From: Longimicrobiales bacterium
GTDB lineage: Bacteria > Gemmatimonadota > Gemmatimonadetes > Longimicrobiales > Gaopeijiaceae
Direction of reading: 5' to 3'
Assembly (NCBI GenBank): GCA_965248195.1
Contig: CBDFIQ010000002.1
Coordinates: forward strand, 2,464,001-2,528,000
DNA: 64,000 nucleotides
Part shown: in pieces, positions 40,746 to 50,848 of the stretch
Layout of the letters: every line of letters begins with the position of its first letter
Position numbering within the stretch: the first letter of the stretch is position 1
Notes under the pieces: generated by a model
Told to the model about the DNA's origin: nothing
Database searches by the model: none
What the model saw: only the letters and a program-made list of their open reading frames with translations
Position numbers and translations under genes: made by a program

Positions 40746-42995
40746 CTATCGGGCCCGGTTCACCTCCGAGGGACCGAACGACAGCCACGTCCCCTGGTAG
40801 CCCTCTCCGTGCAGGTCTCCCCGGGTCCAATCGCAGACCCCGTCGGGGAAGATCGCTTCGAGGGCGTCCCACTCCTCGCCGCTAAACCCGACTTCATAGC
40901 CGGCTGGATCGAGGGGCTTCAGGTGACAGCTCACGATGTTATTGGCGAGTGGTGCACCTGCGACATGGCGAGCCGTCGCGTAGACCGGATAGATGTCGTT
41001 GCACACACCGGCTCCGTCGTAAGCGAGGGGCTCGGTCACGTTCACGCGTCCTTGTCCGCGAGTGTCCCAGCAGTTGTCCACCAGGTCGGCAGGCTTCGCC
41101 CGTACGACTTTCTCCGACAGGCGGCCCGACTCGTCGTCGGCCTGAATGGCGGTCAACCAACGATCCATCTGCCGGAAGAGCACACCCTGATCCGGTTCTT
41201 CTTCGGTAAAGCCCCAGCGCCCGCCCACGTTCATGACGTGGTTGTCCGTATGCCCGTTGGCCGCCGCGAGGCGAGCCCGCGTCGAGAATTGATGGACGAT
41301 CATGTGGATATCGCCACCCTCACGGTGGTCCCTGTAATCCCGGAAGTCGATCACAGGAGTCGTGGCCAGGCCGGCGCCGCCGTAGAGGATACGCCCGGTG
41401 TCCAGGGCACGCCTGGCCGCGGTCGGATCAGCCCGGTGCCTCTCGGGCACGTGATCGAGGTCGGCGTCGTACCCTCCGACATCGCGATTGAGGGCCAGGA
41501 ACTGGGCCTTCGTGAGCTGGCCGCTATTCAAAACGTCGAGGCCGTACTGCACGCCGAAATTGTCGAGGGGTCGGGCCGCGAACTCGGTCGATGGGTCGAC
41601 ACCGTAGACGTTCACTGTGTGATCGTACACGGTGGCCCGAATCCCGTCCGGCTGTGACGAGCTATAGCGGAGGGGCTCGAGCTCGGGGAGGCTCACCTCC
41701 GCCCCCTGTTCCTCCTCAGAGGCATTGGCCGAAAACGTGGCGTCGATCCGCGCGGCGCCCCGACTCAGGTTCGGGATACTGCCCCACGAGCCGAATCCCG
41801 AAATCAGGCGCTGCTCGTTCTCGGTGAAGTCGCCTGGAGCGACCTCAGTGAAGTAGAAGCTCAGCAGGCGGGCGTCGGCCAATGTAAAGATCGTAGCCGA
41901 AGTCACGTCCGGAAAACTGGACGAGACAATGATGCCGTCGAAGACATCCGGGTAGTTATCGGCGGTCTGATGGCTCTGATAGGAGCCGCCCGAGCTCCCG
42001 GTGGCGATCGAGTAGATCGGCTCACCGTAGCTCTCCACGAACCGCTCCTTCACCATGATGTGGGTCTCCGAGGCCAGAAGGTCGTTACAGTTCTGGCCGA
42101 ACACGTTCAGAGACGCCGAGGTGACGCCGTAGCCCATCTCGAGCAGACCCTCGTTGAGTATCGTCCCCGTCGAGCGCCCTTGCTGGAACCAACCGCTCCG
42201 GCAGCCTCCACCGTGGGTGTAGACCAGTTTTCCGTTCCAACCGCGGCTCCGGGTCCAGGGGTCGGGCGTGGGATCAGCCGGGTCGTGTAGCATCGCGCTC
42301 TGGTATATCGCCCGGTTGATCGTCCCGGTCTGGACTCGGACGATGAACGGCACGGTTTCGCCATCCAACGTCGTCGCTTCGGCCATGTCGGCCGGCCTCG
42401 CACCCGCCCGTGAGCCGCCGTAGGCCTTGAACTCGCCGTCCAGCTCGGACAGGTACACGTGTTCGACCCTTGTCTCAACCGAACAACTCTCGTCAAGCGC
42501 GGGGCCGAGCGTCTCGCCGGCCGCCGTCGTGAATTCCTCAGTCTGGCAGAGGTACGGCATTTCGTGGGGCCCGGAGATGATCGGACCGGAGATCGGGTAG
42601 TTCGTGAGCTCGAGCGTGGCCGTGGCCTCCGACCCCGGGACCCGGGCCTCGATCTCGTTGTGCCCCATGCGGAGTCCCTGGACGAGGCCGATCAGCGGGC
42701 CTCCCTGTGCCGAGCGACTGAACTCCCCTGTTACGTCCTCCCCGTTTGCGGACACGCGAACTTCGGAGAGGTCGAGGTCATCGCCGGCCCTGATGCGGAG
42801 AAGCACGTCGCCACCGGTGACCAAGTAAGGCCTCGTCGACACGCTTTCGATCCTCAGATCGGAGCTACCCAACACCTCCGACGCCTCGGCGTTCGAGCCG
42901 AAGCCCCTTTCGCTAGAACAGGCGCTTAGCAGCCCCAGGGCCGCGATGGTTACCAGGGCCATGGCCGACGCGGGTAGGGCTCGAGAACTTTTCAC
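40746..42995 (-). CDS. DUF6351-like alpha/beta-hydrolase (tannase-like) lipoprotein
   Basis: GAGGAG RBS + GTG; LLSAC; GTINRAIY, WNGKL..HGGGC, GSSGG, FPDGVCDW. Confidence 0.7.
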   Translation of the reverse strand: MKSSRALPASAMALVTIAALGLLSACSSERGFGSNAEASEVLGSSDLRIESVSTRPYLVTGGDVLLRIRAGDDLDLSEVRVSANGEDVTGEFSRSAQGGPLIGLVQGLRMGHNEIEARVPGSEATATLELTNYPISGPIISGPHEMPYLCQTEEFTTAAGETLGPALDESCSVETRVEHVYLSELDGEFKAYGGSRAGARPADMAEATTLDGETVPFIVRVQTGTINRAIYQSAMLHDPADPTPDPWTRSRGWNGKLVYTHGGGCRSGWFQQGRSTGTILNEGLLEMGYGVTSASLNVFGQNCNDLLASETHIMVKERFVESYGEPIYSIATGSSGGSYQSHQTADNYPDVFDGIIVSSSFPDVTSATIFTLADARLLSFYFTEVAPGDFTENEQRLISGFGSWGSIPNLSRGAARIDATFSANASEEEQGAEVSLPELEPLRYSSSQPDGIRATVYDHTVNVYGVDPSTEFAARPLDNFGVQYGLDVLNSGQLTKAQFLALNRDVGGYDADLDHVPERHRADPTAARRALDTGRILYGGAGLATTPVIDFRDYRDHREGGDIHMIVHQFSTRARLAAANGHTDNHVMNVGGRWGFTEEEPDQGVLFRQMDRWLTAIQADDESGRLSEKVVRAKPADLVDNCWDTRGQGRVNVTEPLAYDGAGVCNDIYPVYATARHVAGAPLANNIVSCHLKPLDPAGYEVGFSGEEWDALEAIFPDGVCDWTRGDLHGEGYQGTWLSFGPSEVNRAR

Positions 42996-43201
42996 GGTCG
43001 TGCTCCTCGCAGTAACAGGTGAGTCTTCGGGCCAGGGCTCCCCTTGATCGCTCACGCACCCAGGCAGTACGCATCTTAACTCACGAGCCCGACCCGCGCA
43101 TCGCTCGCACTACCCGCTTCCAACAGAGAATTCGGAAGCGTAGATTGCCTCCGGCGAGCGTCGACCGTACGCTATCGGCGAACCCGAACAGGAGGATGGT
43201 C

Positions 43202-44719
43202 ATGCACTCGGCCCCGTACCGACAGTTCCTCATCTCGGTCACGCTTATTGGGTCGCTGGCATGCGCCGGCCCCGAAAGTCAGCTCGAGGCCGGCTCCGAC
43301 GATGCCCGTGCAGTACTTATCGCACGCGCGGCGTCACTCGAACTGGACACTGACTACGTTCCGCCCCCCGGCCAGGCGCTCCACCACTATACATCCGGCT
43401 TCGCGAAGACCCTGTGCTCGGCCGTGTTCATCACGGGTCTCGACCCAAAGGATGCCGCAGCAAACGTGGGCGGCTTCACGAGTCCGTTCGACGAACGGCG
43501 ACACGTCGTGGACACGGTGGTCGATTTCCAGCGTCAACAAGTGAGTCTGACCTTAGCGGACGGTGTCACTCGCACCGCGAAGAAGTACAAGAACCAGGGA
43601 TGCGTGACGCACGCCATCGGCGAGGATTCCGTGCACTTCACGCCCACGGACGTAGCGCGCAAACTTCCAGCTGCCGCGTCCACGCCGTGGCCCATGGGAG
43701 ACGTACTCACCGGAGACCCATGGCCCGCAGAGGTGAACATGACCAAGGTCGAGGAGGCGCTCGACGCGGGATTCGGTCCGCCGGAAGCTCGTACTCTCGC
43801 CCTGGTCGTTACGTACAAAGGAAGGATCCTTGGTGAACGTTATGGGCCCGAGGTCGACCTCCATTCACCGCTCGAGGGTTGGTCCATGGCAAAGAGCCTT
43901 ACGGGCGCGCTCATGGGGGTGCTCATTGAGCAGGGTGCATACGAGCTCTGGCAGCCGGCGCCCATCCCCGAGTGGCAGTCGGCTGGAGACCCCCGGCAGG
44001 CTATCCGCATCGGCGACATCATGAGGATGTCGAGTGGGATCCGGATCCGTGCTCCGCAGGACCCCGACTTCGATCCGTCCGTCGGGTACGCAGACCATCT
44101 CTACCTCTACACGGGCACCGTGAACTCATTCGAGTGGGCGGCGACTCGGCCCCAGGAGTGGGAGCCGAACACCGTGGGCAGGTACCGGAACAGTGATCCG
44201 GTGCTCACCAACTATCTCATCCGACTGGCGGTGGAGGGAAGAGGCGAGGACTATCACTCGTTCCCGCAGAGGAACCTGTTCGACAAGGTCGGGATCCGCG
44301 ACGCGATCATCGAGACCGACCCGTACGGAAATTTCTTGGCCCAAGGGTACGAGTTCCTTCCTGCCCGAGATTGGGCGCGGCTGGGAAATCTCTATCTCCA
44401 AGATGGTGTGTGGAACGGAGAGCGGATTCTGCCCGAGGGGTATGTCGAATACGCGACGACACTCGCGCCAGCCTGGGTCGCCGATGGGCGCCCCCGGTAC
44501 GGGGGAGCCTTCACATGGGTGAACGGCGACGGCGGTTGGCCGCTGCCCGAGAGCGCGTATGGCATGCGAGGGGCGGGAGGGCAGAGCACCACCATGATCC
44601 CGACGCATCAACTCGTGGTGGTGAGGCTGGGTAAGTACACGGGCGCACGAGCGGGTGGCCGGGCACTGAACCGAGCATTCGAGCTGCTACTGGAGGCCGT
44701 GCCACCCGTCGAACAGTGA
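43202..44719 (+). CDS. Serine hydrolase (class C beta-lactamase-like), lipoprotein
   Basis: WSMAKS (SxxK), YRN, ARDWARLG; AGGAGG RBS. Confidence 0.88.
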   Translation: MHSAPYRQFLISVTLIGSLACAGPESQLEAGSDDARAVLIARAASLELDTDYVPPPGQALHHYTSGFAKTLCSAVFITGLDPKDAAANVGGFTSPFDERRHVVDTVVDFQRQQVSLTLADGVTRTAKKYKNQGCVTHAIGEDSVHFTPTDVARKLPAAASTPWPMGDVLTGDPWPAEVNMTKVEEALDAGFGPPEARTLALVVTYKGRILGERYGPEVDLHSPLEGWSMAKSLTGALMGVLIEQGAYELWQPAPIPEWQSAGDPRQAIRIGDIMRMSSGIRIRAPQDPDFDPSVGYADHLYLYTGTVNSFEWAATRPQEWEPNTVGRYRNSDPVLTNYLIRLAVEGRGEDYHSFPQRNLFDKVGIRDAIIETDPYGNFLAQGYEFLPARDWARLGNLYLQDGVWNGERILPEGYVEYATTLAPAWVADGRPRYGGAFTWVNGDGGWPLPESAYGMRGAGGQSTTMIPTHQLVVVRLGKYTGARAGGRALNRAFELLLEAVPPVEQ

Positions 44720-45208
44720 AGTCGTCCACTGATCAGCAGGCGCCGGTCATCACGCTCGACCCACCGGGGTGCATGAAGTACGAGCACTGACCGTCACTCC
44801 CCGTGCTCCCGAACAACCCGCGGCGCGTGTAGCTGTTGCCCCCGCTCTGTGCCTGGGCAGCCGCGACAAGATTGAATAGAGGGGGCCCGCCCTCCAGACA
44901 ATCTGCGGGCACGCAAGGACCCACGCTCGGTCTCCGGTCACGACCGCAATGAGCCCCGGCCGTCCAAGCACCGAATTTGGAACCCAAGTTGCCTACGCGA
45001 ACGAAACGGTGTAGTTCTGTTCCTTTAGTGCTACCGTCCAGTGGATCATCCTCACTTACGGCGCAACGGAAGAGCACGAGGATGGATCGTATACCATTCA
45101 TCCCCTTTCCCGACCCTCTAACGTGACCGTGCGAACGCATCTGCTCTGCGCGGGCCGACGAAAGGGAAGCGGGTAAATCGATCACCCGGCCGAAAAGGGA
45201 GTCGAGTC

Positions 45209-46057
45209 ATGGAGATCGGAACTGGAAAGCCTGTTTCACGACGGAGTGCCCTAGGTGGTATGGGAGCGGCGATGGCGCTCCCGCTCGTCGGCTCCGCCTC
45301 CCCTGTATCCTCAGCGAGGGTGGAGGGGAAGGTCTGCCTGGTCACGGGCTCGGGCCGCAATCTTGGACGCGCCGGGGTGCTCGAGCTGGCCCGCCGGGGC
45401 GCGGATGTCGTTGTAAACGCGCGCACCAATAGACAGGAGGCCGAGGCCGTCGCCCGCGAAGCGGAAGCCCTGGGCGTGAGGGCACTGGCGCTGCTAGCCG
45501 ACGTAGGCAATGAGGAGCAGGTCAACAGGATGGTAGACGAGGTGCTTACCCAGTTCGGCCGGGTTGACGTGCTCATCAACAACGCGGGCTTTCGTCCGCG
45601 TCGTACTTTTATGGACATGAGCACCCCCGAATGGCGAGAGGTGCTGGCCACCAACCTGGACGGACCCTTCTTCTGCGCAAAGGCCGTCGTTCCAAGCATG
45701 ATCTCCAACGGAGGCGGGAGCATCGTCAACTTGTCGGGCATGAATTCTTTCTCGGGAGCGCACTGGCCTCACGTGTGCGCCTCCAAGATGGGCGCTCTGG
45801 GCCTGACGCGCGCTCTTGCGGTGGAGCTCGGGCCGCACAACATCCGGGTCAACTACGTCGTGCCGGGGGGTTGGGATGAATCAGCCACGAGCCTCGAGGA
45901 TATGGCGCCCGAGTCCCGGGGTCGGGAGCGCATACCCCTGCGGCGTCTGGGGATACCCCAGGAGCTCGCCAATCTGTACGCATTCCTGGCGTCCGACGAA
46001 TCCAGCTACATCACTGGCCAGACCTTTCACATCAACGGCGGTGCGTTCCGATACTAA
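45209..46057 (+). CDS. Short-chain dehydrogenase/reductase with Tat-like signal
   Basis: SRRSAL; TGSGRNLG, NNAG, HVCASK, ITGQTFHING. Confidence 0.9.
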   Translation: MEIGTGKPVSRRSALGGMGAAMALPLVGSASPVSSARVEGKVCLVTGSGRNLGRAGVLELARRGADVVVNARTNRQEAEAVAREAEALGVRALALLADVGNEEQVNRMVDEVLTQFGRVDVLINNAGFRPRRTFMDMSTPEWREVLATNLDGPFFCAKAVVPSMISNGGGSIVNLSGMNSFSGAHWPHVCASKMGALGLTRALAVELGPHNIRVNYVVPGGWDESATSLEDMAPESRGRERIPLRRLGIPQELANLYAFLASDESSYITGQTFHINGGAFRY

Positions 46058-46074
46058 GCTGACGAGGTGGGAAC

Positions 46075-47184
46075 ATGAAGAACTCCGGTAGGGCCCGATT
46101 GAGCCGGCGGCAAGCCATCAGCGTCCTTGGTGCGAGCGCAGGATCCGGTCTTCTCTTGGCGGCAACTCCCCTCTCGAGCCTGCTTGCTGCGACGTGGCGG
46201 AGCGCGGGATCGACGGCGACCAAGCGGGCTATGGGTAAGAGTGCCATCCCTCAGGATGGCGCCATCATTCGCACGATCTTCACGGACCTTGCCCCGGAGG
46301 AGTTGGCAACGGGTACCACGCTGTTCCACGAGCACTTGTCGGCGGCCTATTCTCGTACGGAGCCACAGCCGGTGCTGCCACCCCCCTCTTCCGCTGACAC
46401 GGGTCCGGTGATCGAAGACGTCAGAGCAGCGGCCCAGGAGGGCGTGACGTGCATCGTGGACGGTGGGCATCCCGATATGGGTCGGAACATGGAGCACTTG
46501 CGGCAAATTTCTAGGGAGACAGGCGTGCACGTGGTCGCGAGCGGGGGCTATTACCGACAGAGCACCTATCCCTCGGAGATCTCGGGTCAGAGCGAGGACC
46601 AGATCGCTGCCGACCTCGCAGCCGAGGCAGCCGCCTTTCGATACGGGGCGTTCGGAGAGATAGGCCAAATGCCGGATTTGGCCGACTTCACACCCGACGA
46701 GCGGAAGATGTTTCGAGCAGTCGGCAAGGCCCACGTTCTGACCGGACTGCCGATCTTCACCCACAGTCCATACGGGACGGGACCGAACGTGCCGCGAGAC
46801 GTGGGTCTGAGCCAGCTCGACCTCCTCGAATCAGTCGGGGTCGACCCCCGGCATGTGACCATCGGCCATGCCTGCTGCCTCGACGATCCGAGTGCGGAGA
46901 TCATCAAGCAGGTGGCGATGCGAGGCGCGTTCGTCGGTTTCGACCGGGTGACCGGAGGGCGAGTCGAGGACGCGCAGAAGGTCGAGACGATCATCGCCTT
47001 TCTGGAAGCTGGGTATGGGGACAAGCTGCTACTTTCAAGCGATCGGCGGCGCGAGTTCAACCGCACCGTCAGGGTGTTTGTCCCGAAGCTGCTCGCGGCG
47101 GGCGTAGACGCGGAGACGATCCGAACCGTCCTCGTCGACAATCCGGCGCGCTTTCTCGCCTTCCTCCCAAAAGAGCCTGCTTGA
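46075..47184 (+). CDS. Phosphotriesterase-related (PTE/PHP) amidohydrolase with Tat signal
   Basis: SRRQAI; HEH, GEIG, PIFTH, IGH, LLSSD, DNPARF. Confidence 0.88.
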   Translation: MKNSGRARLSRRQAISVLGASAGSGLLLAATPLSSLLAATWRSAGSTATKRAMGKSAIPQDGAIIRTIFTDLAPEELATGTTLFHEHLSAAYSRTEPQPVLPPPSSADTGPVIEDVRAAAQEGVTCIVDGGHPDMGRNMEHLRQISRETGVHVVASGGYYRQSTYPSEISGQSEDQIAADLAAEAAAFRYGAFGEIGQMPDLADFTPDERKMFRAVGKAHVLTGLPIFTHSPYGTGPNVPRDVGLSQLDLLESVGVDPRHVTIGHACCLDDPSAEIIKQVAMRGAFVGFDRVTGGRVEDAQKVETIIAFLEAGYGDKLLLSSDRRREFNRTVRVFVPKLLAAGVDAETIRTVLVDNPARFLAFLPKEPA

Positions 47185-47217
47185 CTTGAGTCGATTCTCC
47201 GTCGATGGAGGAGCACC

Positions 47218-48816
47218 ATGGGACAAGATCGAGATCTAGACCCTGACCTGGCGGCGGGGATCACCCCCGGCCTCACCCGGCGTAGCCTATTGCGGACCGC
47301 GCTCGCGAGCGGGGTCACTGTGAGTATGGTAGGCGCCTCGCCCGTTGTCGCGCTCGGTCGAGAGCTTGAGCGGCGTGAGGGCGTTCCGCCGAGCGACCCC
47401 GAGCCACAGAACGGACCGCCGGACTCCCCGGGGTCGCTGCAACAACAGGCGTCGTTGAGCCGAGAGCTCGCGAGTTGGGTCGCTGATCTGAGATACGAGG
47501 ATCTACCTGCTGCCGTGGTCGACCGCGCCAAGGGGGTCACCCTCCAGGCACTCGCGTCTGTGCTGCTCGGATCCGAGTCAGGCCGGGGCCAACAGTCCGT
47601 CGATCTCATCACGGGGGAGGAAGCCGGCGTGCGCAACGGTGCCACCATCATGGTGCACGGTACCAAGGTGACGAAGGCGGGTGCCGCCTACGCCAATGCA
47701 GCGATGCTGGGCGCCGGGGGCAAGTGGGACACGTTCCGCATGCTCACGCACCCGGGCACGAGCATCATTCCGTGCGCATTCGTGGCGGCGGAGAGCGCCG
47801 GCGCCTCGGGACGGGACTTCCTGACCGGCATCGCAGCCGGTTACGAGGTCATGAACCGGATGTCGGCTGATTACGTGCCGACGATGATTGCCCGCGGCTT
47901 CCACCCCAGCATGGTCTTCGGCACCTTCGGCGGCGCGGTGGCCGCCGCAAAAATCCTGGGTCTCACGGAGGATCAGGTGCAAGAGACGATCTCCCTGTGC
48001 GTGGCCCTGACCATCGGGGGCCGTGGGATCCGAGAGCACGGATCTGCGCGCAACGCCATGCTGGCGGTCGCGCTGGCGCGGCAGCGTGCTGGCGGGGGCG
48101 GCAATTCCAGGGTCCTCGAAGGCGACGGAGGCTTCTACTGGGCCTACGCCGGCAACAATGAGGGACAGCTCACCTACAGCTTCGTCGGTGAAACGCAGAC
48201 CAGCCTGGACAGGATCACCGCCAATCTGGGGGAAGACTGGCTCTTCCTGGAGACGCTCTACCGCATCTACTCAACGGCGGGATACAACATTGCGCACGTC
48301 GACGTCACGGCGCAGCTCTGCGAGGAGTACGATATCCGTTATGAGGACGTCGACCGCGTCGAGGCAGTCGTGAACTGGCTCGAGACGCAGTATCCGACTC
48401 CGGCGTTTCCAACTTTAAGACAAGACCTGGATGTGGAGCCCACACCGGGCAGCACCCGGTACTATACCGCGTATGGTGTCGTGCAGCGCGGCTTCCCACT
48501 CCTCGGTCTGCGTGGCGCCCCCGACCCGCCCGAGGTCCTGGACCTCATGAGGCGGGTGAAGATCATCCCGTCGACCCAGATGCCGCTCTTCGCGCCGCGG
48601 ATCACCATCTTCACCAAGGATGGAAGGAGCTACACGAAGCAGGGCACGGGACAGGAGTTCATATGGGACTTCGAGGAAGAGGCGCGGCGCATTCGTGGCG
48701 TAGTTGATGGGATCCCCATTCCAGCTGCGCAGTTCGAAGAGATGATCTCGACGTGCCGCGATCTGGACCGGCAAGCCCGGGCCGACCGGCTCGTTCAGCT
48801 GACACTAAGAGTGTAG
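47218..48816 (+). CDS. MmgE/PrpD family protein with Tat signal
   Basis: TRRSLL; YEDLP, THPG, GYEV, RGFHP. Confidence 0.85.
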   Translation: MGQDRDLDPDLAAGITPGLTRRSLLRTALASGVTVSMVGASPVVALGRELERREGVPPSDPEPQNGPPDSPGSLQQQASLSRELASWVADLRYEDLPAAVVDRAKGVTLQALASVLLGSESGRGQQSVDLITGEEAGVRNGATIMVHGTKVTKAGAAYANAAMLGAGGKWDTFRMLTHPGTSIIPCAFVAAESAGASGRDFLTGIAAGYEVMNRMSADYVPTMIARGFHPSMVFGTFGGAVAAAKILGLTEDQVQETISLCVALTIGGRGIREHGSARNAMLAVALARQRAGGGGNSRVLEGDGGFYWAYAGNNEGQLTYSFVGETQTSLDRITANLGEDWLFLETLYRIYSTAGYNIAHVDVTAQLCEEYDIRYEDVDRVEAVVNWLETQYPTPAFPTLRQDLDVEPTPGSTRYYTAYGVVQRGFPLLGLRGAPDPPEVLDLMRRVKIIPSTQMPLFAPRITIFTKDGRSYTKQGTGQEFIWDFEEEARRIRGVVDGIPIPAAQFEEMISTCRDLDRQARADRLVQLTLRV

Positions 48817-48927
48817 GACCGCATCACCAATATTACTCACAGAGGCCCACGAACCACCGACTCTTATTGATCGCCTCAAGGTAGGTAATCCCAGACAGCG
48901 TTCTGTTGCCGAGCTTTATCTTACATC

Positions 48928-48951
48928 AATGGATCCAGCCGGGATCGAACC
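48928..48951 (-). repeat. att-like direct repeat of the tRNA-Ala 3' end
   Basis: aatggatccagccgggatcgaacc matches 54765-54788 (aatggagccagccgggatcgaacc) at 23/24 positions. Confidence 0.85.
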
Positions 48952-48955
48952 CTGA

Positions 48956-50167
48956 TCATCCTCCAGCAGCCGGGGTCCCGTCGCTGGGCTCGAGGCGCAC
49001 GATCGGCGTCAGGTCACCGCCACGGCGGTCGTCGATCGCGATGTAGATCAAGCCGTCCGGCCCCTGCGTGATGGCTCGGATGCGCCCGAAGCCGATCATC
49101 AATGGAGGCCGCTCCATCCTTCCGACGTACACGCCCTCACCGTCGCCTACGAGAGGCAGCCGGGCGACCTGTGGATCGGCCATTCCTCCCATGAAGACGC
49201 TGTTCTTCCACTCCGGGAAGCGGTCTCCGGTATAAACCATCAACCCGGAGGGGGCGATGGAAGGAGTGAAGTGCTGGAGCGGCTGTTCCATCCCCTCGAC
49301 CTCCCTCGTCGAGAAGAGGCGGGTCCCCCCATAGTTCGTGCCGTAGCCGATGACGGGCCAGCCATAGTTCCGCCCCCGCAGGATGAGATTCAGCTCGTCT
49401 CCGCCCTGGGGGCCGTGCTCGCTCTGGAAGATGTCACCCGTCTCGGGATGGATAGCGAGGCCCTGCGGACTGCGGTGGCCGTAGCTCCAGATCTCGGGCA
49501 GCGCGCCGGCTCGGCCGACGAACGGATTGTCCGCAGGGACGCCTCCGTCGTCATGGAGGCGAATGACCGTCCCCTGATGGTTGGTGAGATCCTGGGCAGC
49601 GTGCAGATACGCGGTTCCCATCGCCGGAGACGCCCCCCGGTCGCCAACCGTTATGAAGAGGTATCCCTGGGCGTCGAAGGCCAGCCGAGATCCATAATGA
49701 CTTCCGCTGATGCTCCACGCCTTCGCCTCGAAGATCTCCTCCACATCGTCCAGGCGGTTGCCCTCCAACCTGCCTCGAACCACGGCGGTCGTACCCTGGC
49801 TTCCATCTTCGTTCGGCTTGGAGAAGCTGAGGTAGATGAGCCGGTTGGACTCGTAGTCCGGGTGGAGTACCACGTCCAGGAGGCCGCCCTGCCCCAGGTA
49901 CCGGACCTCTGGCGTGCCCGTGATGGGCTCCGGCTGGAGAACCCCGTTGCGCACGATCCGCAGCCGCCCGGGCTTCTCCGTGACCAGCATCTCACCCCCG
50001 GGGAGGAAAGCGATGGACCAGGGGTCCTGCAGACCATCCACGACGGTCACGACGCGGTAGGGTCCACTCTCGGACTGGTAGACCGGCGCCTGGGCCCAGG
50101 CCGAGGACGCGGTCCAGAGGCCGAGCACGATGCTGATGGTTGGGATGAATGAGCGGATCGGGTGCAT
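48956..50167 (-). CDS. PQQ-dependent sugar dehydrogenase (YliI/GSDH family)
   Basis: PWSIAFLP, GQGGLLD, HYGSR, SYGHRSPQG, EHGPQGGDE, NYGWP. Confidence 0.92.
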   Translation of the reverse strand: MHPIRSFIPTISIVLGLWTASSAWAQAPVYQSESGPYRVVTVVDGLQDPWSIAFLPGGEMLVTEKPGRLRIVRNGVLQPEPITGTPEVRYLGQGGLLDVVLHPDYESNRLIYLSFSKPNEDGSQGTTAVVRGRLEGNRLDDVEEIFEAKAWSISGSHYGSRLAFDAQGYLFITVGDRGASPAMGTAYLHAAQDLTNHQGTVIRLHDDGGVPADNPFVGRAGALPEIWSYGHRSPQGLAIHPETGDIFQSEHGPQGGDELNLILRGRNYGWPVIGYGTNYGGTRLFSTREVEGMEQPLQHFTPSIAPSGLMVYTGDRFPEWKNSVFMGGMADPQVARLPLVGDGEGVYVGRMERPPLMIGFGRIRAITQGPDGLIYIAIDDRRGGDLTPIVRLEPSDGTPAAGG

Positions 50168-50422
50168 CTCTACCTCCTCACGAATGGCGTTCCTTCCTCA
50201 GGTGGAACCTGCCGCGGTAGTACCTGGAAGCCGCCGCATGTCCCATAGAGGTATGGTCACTGACATCCACCAGATCGGCAAGCCCGGACGCCTTTCGCGA
50301 GAAGCCACAACGGCCTGCGTCGGACCGAGAGGCGTCGCTACCTTGCAGCGTGTCTGAGTCCCAGACATGTTCCACCGACGCGGCACTCCGTAGTCCTCCC
50401 CAAAAGAGCGGAGAGATTTGGA

Positions 50423-50689
50423 ATGATCGGGATTGGCGAGCTGGTGCTGCTCATTTTGGCCTTCCTCTTCGCTGGTGGGGCCATCTCCCGGTTGGCCAAG
50501 TGGGCGTTCTTCCGACGGGCCTCTGGTACCAAGCAAGCTCTGTGGGCGCTAGCCGATTGGATCAAGAAGCGGAGCGAAGCCCCCGCATTGGACTCGGCGG
50601 ACATGGATACGCCGAGGGTGTCTGCGAAGGACACCGATACCGCACCTTCCCGTACTGAGGCCAGGGGAAACGAAGAATCACCGTCTTGA
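50423..50689 (+). CDS. Small single-TM hypothetical protein
   Basis: GGAG RBS; N-terminal hydrophobic helix and charged tail. Confidence 0.5.
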   Translation: MIGIGELVLLILAFLFAGGAISRLAKWAFFRRASGTKQALWALADWIKKRSEAPALDSADMDTPRVSAKDTDTAPSRTEARGNEESPS

Positions 50690-50848
50690 GCACCACCGCG
50701 GGGCACTATTGCACCGTGAGCCTTGGTCTTATGCGAGTGGTTGCGACTCAGATACGAGGCGGAGTAGGGTCACCGAACTGCCGCTCGGAGACTAACCCTC
50801 GGTCTCCCCGCACGATGATCATGCTCGACAGGGCAAGGAGAAGCTGAC

